DNA from: Chrysomallon squamiferum
Taxonomy: Eukaryota; Animalia; Mollusca
Assembly: GCA_012295275.1 (NCBI GenBank)
Contig: CM022670.1
Span: forward strand, 39,804,001 to 39,868,000
Direction: 5' to 3'
DNA: 64,000 bases
Below the pieces are notes generated by a model, which worked only from the letters and a program-made list of their open reading frames with translations, was not told the DNA's origin and ran no database searches. The translations under genes were made by a program, and so were the position numbers. This document shows, one piece after another, positions 28,834 through 64,000 of the stretch. Each line of letters starts with the position of its first letter. Positions within the stretch are counted from its first letter, which is position 1.

Positions 28834-29385
28834 GTTTAAATGTACTAAAACAATATTTTAAAAATCTGATAACGTAATTACCAGTTTAATACTTTTAGAC
28901 TAATCAATTTCTTATAATATCCTAGAATTAATTTCTTTATTTATAAATAAACTCAATAACTCAAACATAAAATCTTGTATTAGTTTGAGAAAATACTCAA
29001 CTAATAAATTGCTTAATATTGTTCTGAAATTTTGTAAATGTTAGTTTTAAGGTTCAGATGTACTTGTTTTGTAGGTGGAAAAGAACCAAGAACCGAAAGT
29101 GATATTCCACGTGGCACATTTTCGATTTGGAAAATGTACTATCATAAGGATAGACAACGAAAACGAGTTTGTTTCACTGCACGGGGAATTGAGAGACCTA
29201 TTAAATAGCCTGCCAATCAAAATTATCATGAATCACGTGACCTTTGAGGCTTTCCCGTTGAGGAATGACGCTGGATGTGGGTCATAGGGTGAGGGGGTGG
29301 AAGTGCTTGGAAATGATCGAAATATAAACACTTTTTGTGTTATTCGGTCATTAGATGGATAGACAGCAGGATAAGGCAAAGGAAT
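28184..29385. promoter_or_regulatory. Divergent (head-to-head) promoter region shared by RAD54L and DOT1L
   Basis: The start codons are 1.2 kb apart and point away from each other. RAD54L side: YY1-type GCCGCCATTTT (~28360-28370), CCAAT (~28400), minus-strand TCCGGGAATGACA (~28500-28512). DOT1L side: GCCAATC (~29212) and E-box TCACGTGAC (~29233). Confidence 0.65.
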
Positions 29386-61552
<32,167 letters not shown>

Positions 61553-64000
61553 TGATACTGTGTTATTTAGAAATGAAGAACTTTTTTTTGCAAAGTAAAA
61601 CATTTCTGCAAGACAGAAAAATCTTGTGTGTTTTTTTTTTCTAATTTTTTTTTAAACTCAACAAAAAAAGAAAGTGTTTTTTTTTTTTTTTTTTAATTTC
61701 AGAAGAAATGTTATAAAATCACCCTTTTTTCTTTTTTTTTTTAAATAAGGGAATTCGTTTGGTAGTGTAATAATACCAAACCCCATATATAAAAACACAA
61801 AAATACAATGCTATTATTGTACAATACCAGATCAATCATGTTTGAAAGACAACTTTACTGAACATAATGATCAGCATAACTAGCTGGTTCACACTGACCC
61901 TGTACAGTAGTTTGTTTTAATACTTTGTTTCTGTTGACTTCCCTCATCCACGGTTTGTTAGTGTGTACATGTTAATGTTGTTACATGAGATGTATATTTT
62001 AACCAATGTTAACTTATTTTTTTTTGTGTGTGCGCTCTCTGTTCGGCAAAATGGACGAGCGCTGTACATGTGTGTTAATTTATTATTTCTCTGTCAGTTG
62101 GAGAACTATTTTGTTTTTCTCAGGTTTCACTTGGATTCTGTTGGTTCCAGAAAAGTGAGATGCTGTGACCAAATCTCAAGAGAGAGAGAGAGAAGAGAGA
62201 AAACCAAGAACAGATCTGAGAGAGGTTTTACAAGTTCTGCAACTGTGTCGGGGGAAAAAAAATAAAAAAAATAATAATAAAAAAAAGTTTTATTTTTGTA
62301 ACAGGCCAGAATTCTGGGAATAGGGCTTTATTAGAAATTTGATTAAAAGAAAAAAAAGTTAACGAAAAAGGCAGCTTTAGTCGTTCTGGGCATGGCTCCT
62401 TTGGCAGCTCTTTATTGTAGTAAGTTAGTTTTTATACACTTAACAAGAAATTACCATTTAAAATTAAAAATTGTTTATTTTGTTTCTCTTCAAATTGTAT
62501 GAAATGTGTTATCTGGTAATTGACATTTATTTTAATAAAAAAAAAAAGAAAGAAGAAAAAAGTCATAAACAGAATAAAAATGTTATTTTTTAATTAAAAT
62601 GCATGTTTGTGTAACAACTTTTACCATTTATATCATTATGAAGATTTTTTTTTTTTGTGTTTTTTTATGAGATAATTATATTTCTTTTATCCACCTTGCC
62701 TGTTTTTTTGGAGAAAACTGTTTTAACTTCTGTGCCCGAGATTTAGGGTAAAATGTTAACCATTAAGGATTTGAAATTGTCTGTTCATTTTATTTCCTCA
62801 AACATTTTGTTTTTAATTTTATACATTAGATGTAATGTTTGGGAATTTTTTAAAATTTTATAATTTTGTTACTCATTCAATTATTTGTTTACAGAATTGC
62901 CAAAATACATTTACTGTTACATTTGAGAATTCCAGTAGCATTTTGAGTTGAATCGCATCAGTGTAAAAAATTAATTGCAAATAAAAATCCTTATTAGATT
63001 TAATTACTGATAACACTTTCAGAAATTTCTCCGGATATATAGTAAAACAGAAAAATATTCTTTTAATACTGTCAGCTTTCTAATTTTTTTAAAATACATA
63101 CATGCAGCTAAAATAAATATCCTTCATAATTATTTATTATTACCATTATAGTTCTCAGTCATAGTCTGTTAGACATTACTTGTTAATAATCACTAGTTTG
63201 AAAGCCTCATAGTTCTCCCTGATTCCAATCACCCCATTTGAGCATGTCTAACATTATAAATAGATAAATAATAAGTGTGTTTACACGTGTGTTTGTACTA
63301 ATGTGAGTGTGTTAAACCATAGACAGTTATAAATAAATATTCCAGTTTTAATAGTTTGAAGTAGACGACAAACTAAAAGTATAGTTTCTGTTGATGTGTG
63401 TAAAAAATCTCTTTATACTGTCGGAATTAATTTATTTTAGTATGCATTTCCCCCAGTATTGTCAATGGAAAATTTTTAAAAAAATGTATAGCCCACCTTG
63501 TGCATTGTGACTGACTCAGTCTAGAAGCAGATAATGTCATCACCATTTTTACATGTTGAATTTGAAGAAATAAATACATCTTCATTTCAGTAGGAATGTG
63601 GAATTTTCCAGATCCTGTATAAGCAATCTGTATTAATGTAACTGGTTTCCTGCTGAGTTCACTTCTTGGCAGAATTCACAGCAGCCATAATTATGACTCT
63701 CAGCAGAAATCGGTTAAAGTGATCTAGAAAATGCTGTTTTAACAATCGTACTTCGTCGTGTGTTGCTGAGTGGAAAATCTGCATACTAATTATTTTTCTT
63801 TCATTTTATTTTTTATAATCCATTGCATGCAGTTATTATATTTGCTTTTAGAAGTGCATGATATTTTTAATACTCAGTGTTTTCAACTACCTCTCTGTAT
63901 AACTGTGGATACTTCTGCTGTAGTCTTGGAAAAACAAAAATATGTTCAGTAGTTTGAGAAAATTAGAATGTACTGTACAAATAGGTTTTCAGTGTTGAAA

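Overview
AT-rich, intron-rich animal genomic DNA (invertebrate bilaterian, probably a lophotrochozoan such as a mollusc; this is inference only). Gene order: the 3' six coding exons of an Erbin/LRRC7 (LAP-family) PDZ gene (+, 39-4729); two intronless tandem DNAJB1/4/5-type Hsp40 genes (+, 9598-10659 and 14104-15150); a complete 21-coding-exon RAD54L (-, 28183-17818); and, head-to-head with it, a complete DOT1L H3K79 methyltransferase gene (+, 29386-61552). Most of the unusual signal is inside DOT1L. (1) Eight intronic copies of one box C/D snoRNA carry a guide matching the 18S rRNA 530-loop (SNORD65/snR77-type, Um627/Um578), plus a second invariant GCGGC block that could extend pairing; three copies share a single intron. 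(2) A tandem pair of 107-nt, frame-incompatible, mutually exclusive exons rewrites part of the catalytic domain, and the intron between them has twin TACTAAC branch points and a ~34-bp long-range duplex. (3) There are candidate microexons and a stop-containing cassette exon followed by TGCATG motifs. (4) Pairs of compensating +/-1 frameshifts occur in large exons of both DOT1L and the Erbin-like gene; assembly error is the most likely cause and needs checking. Exon models were built by eye from GT-AG sites and recalled homology; no searches were run.
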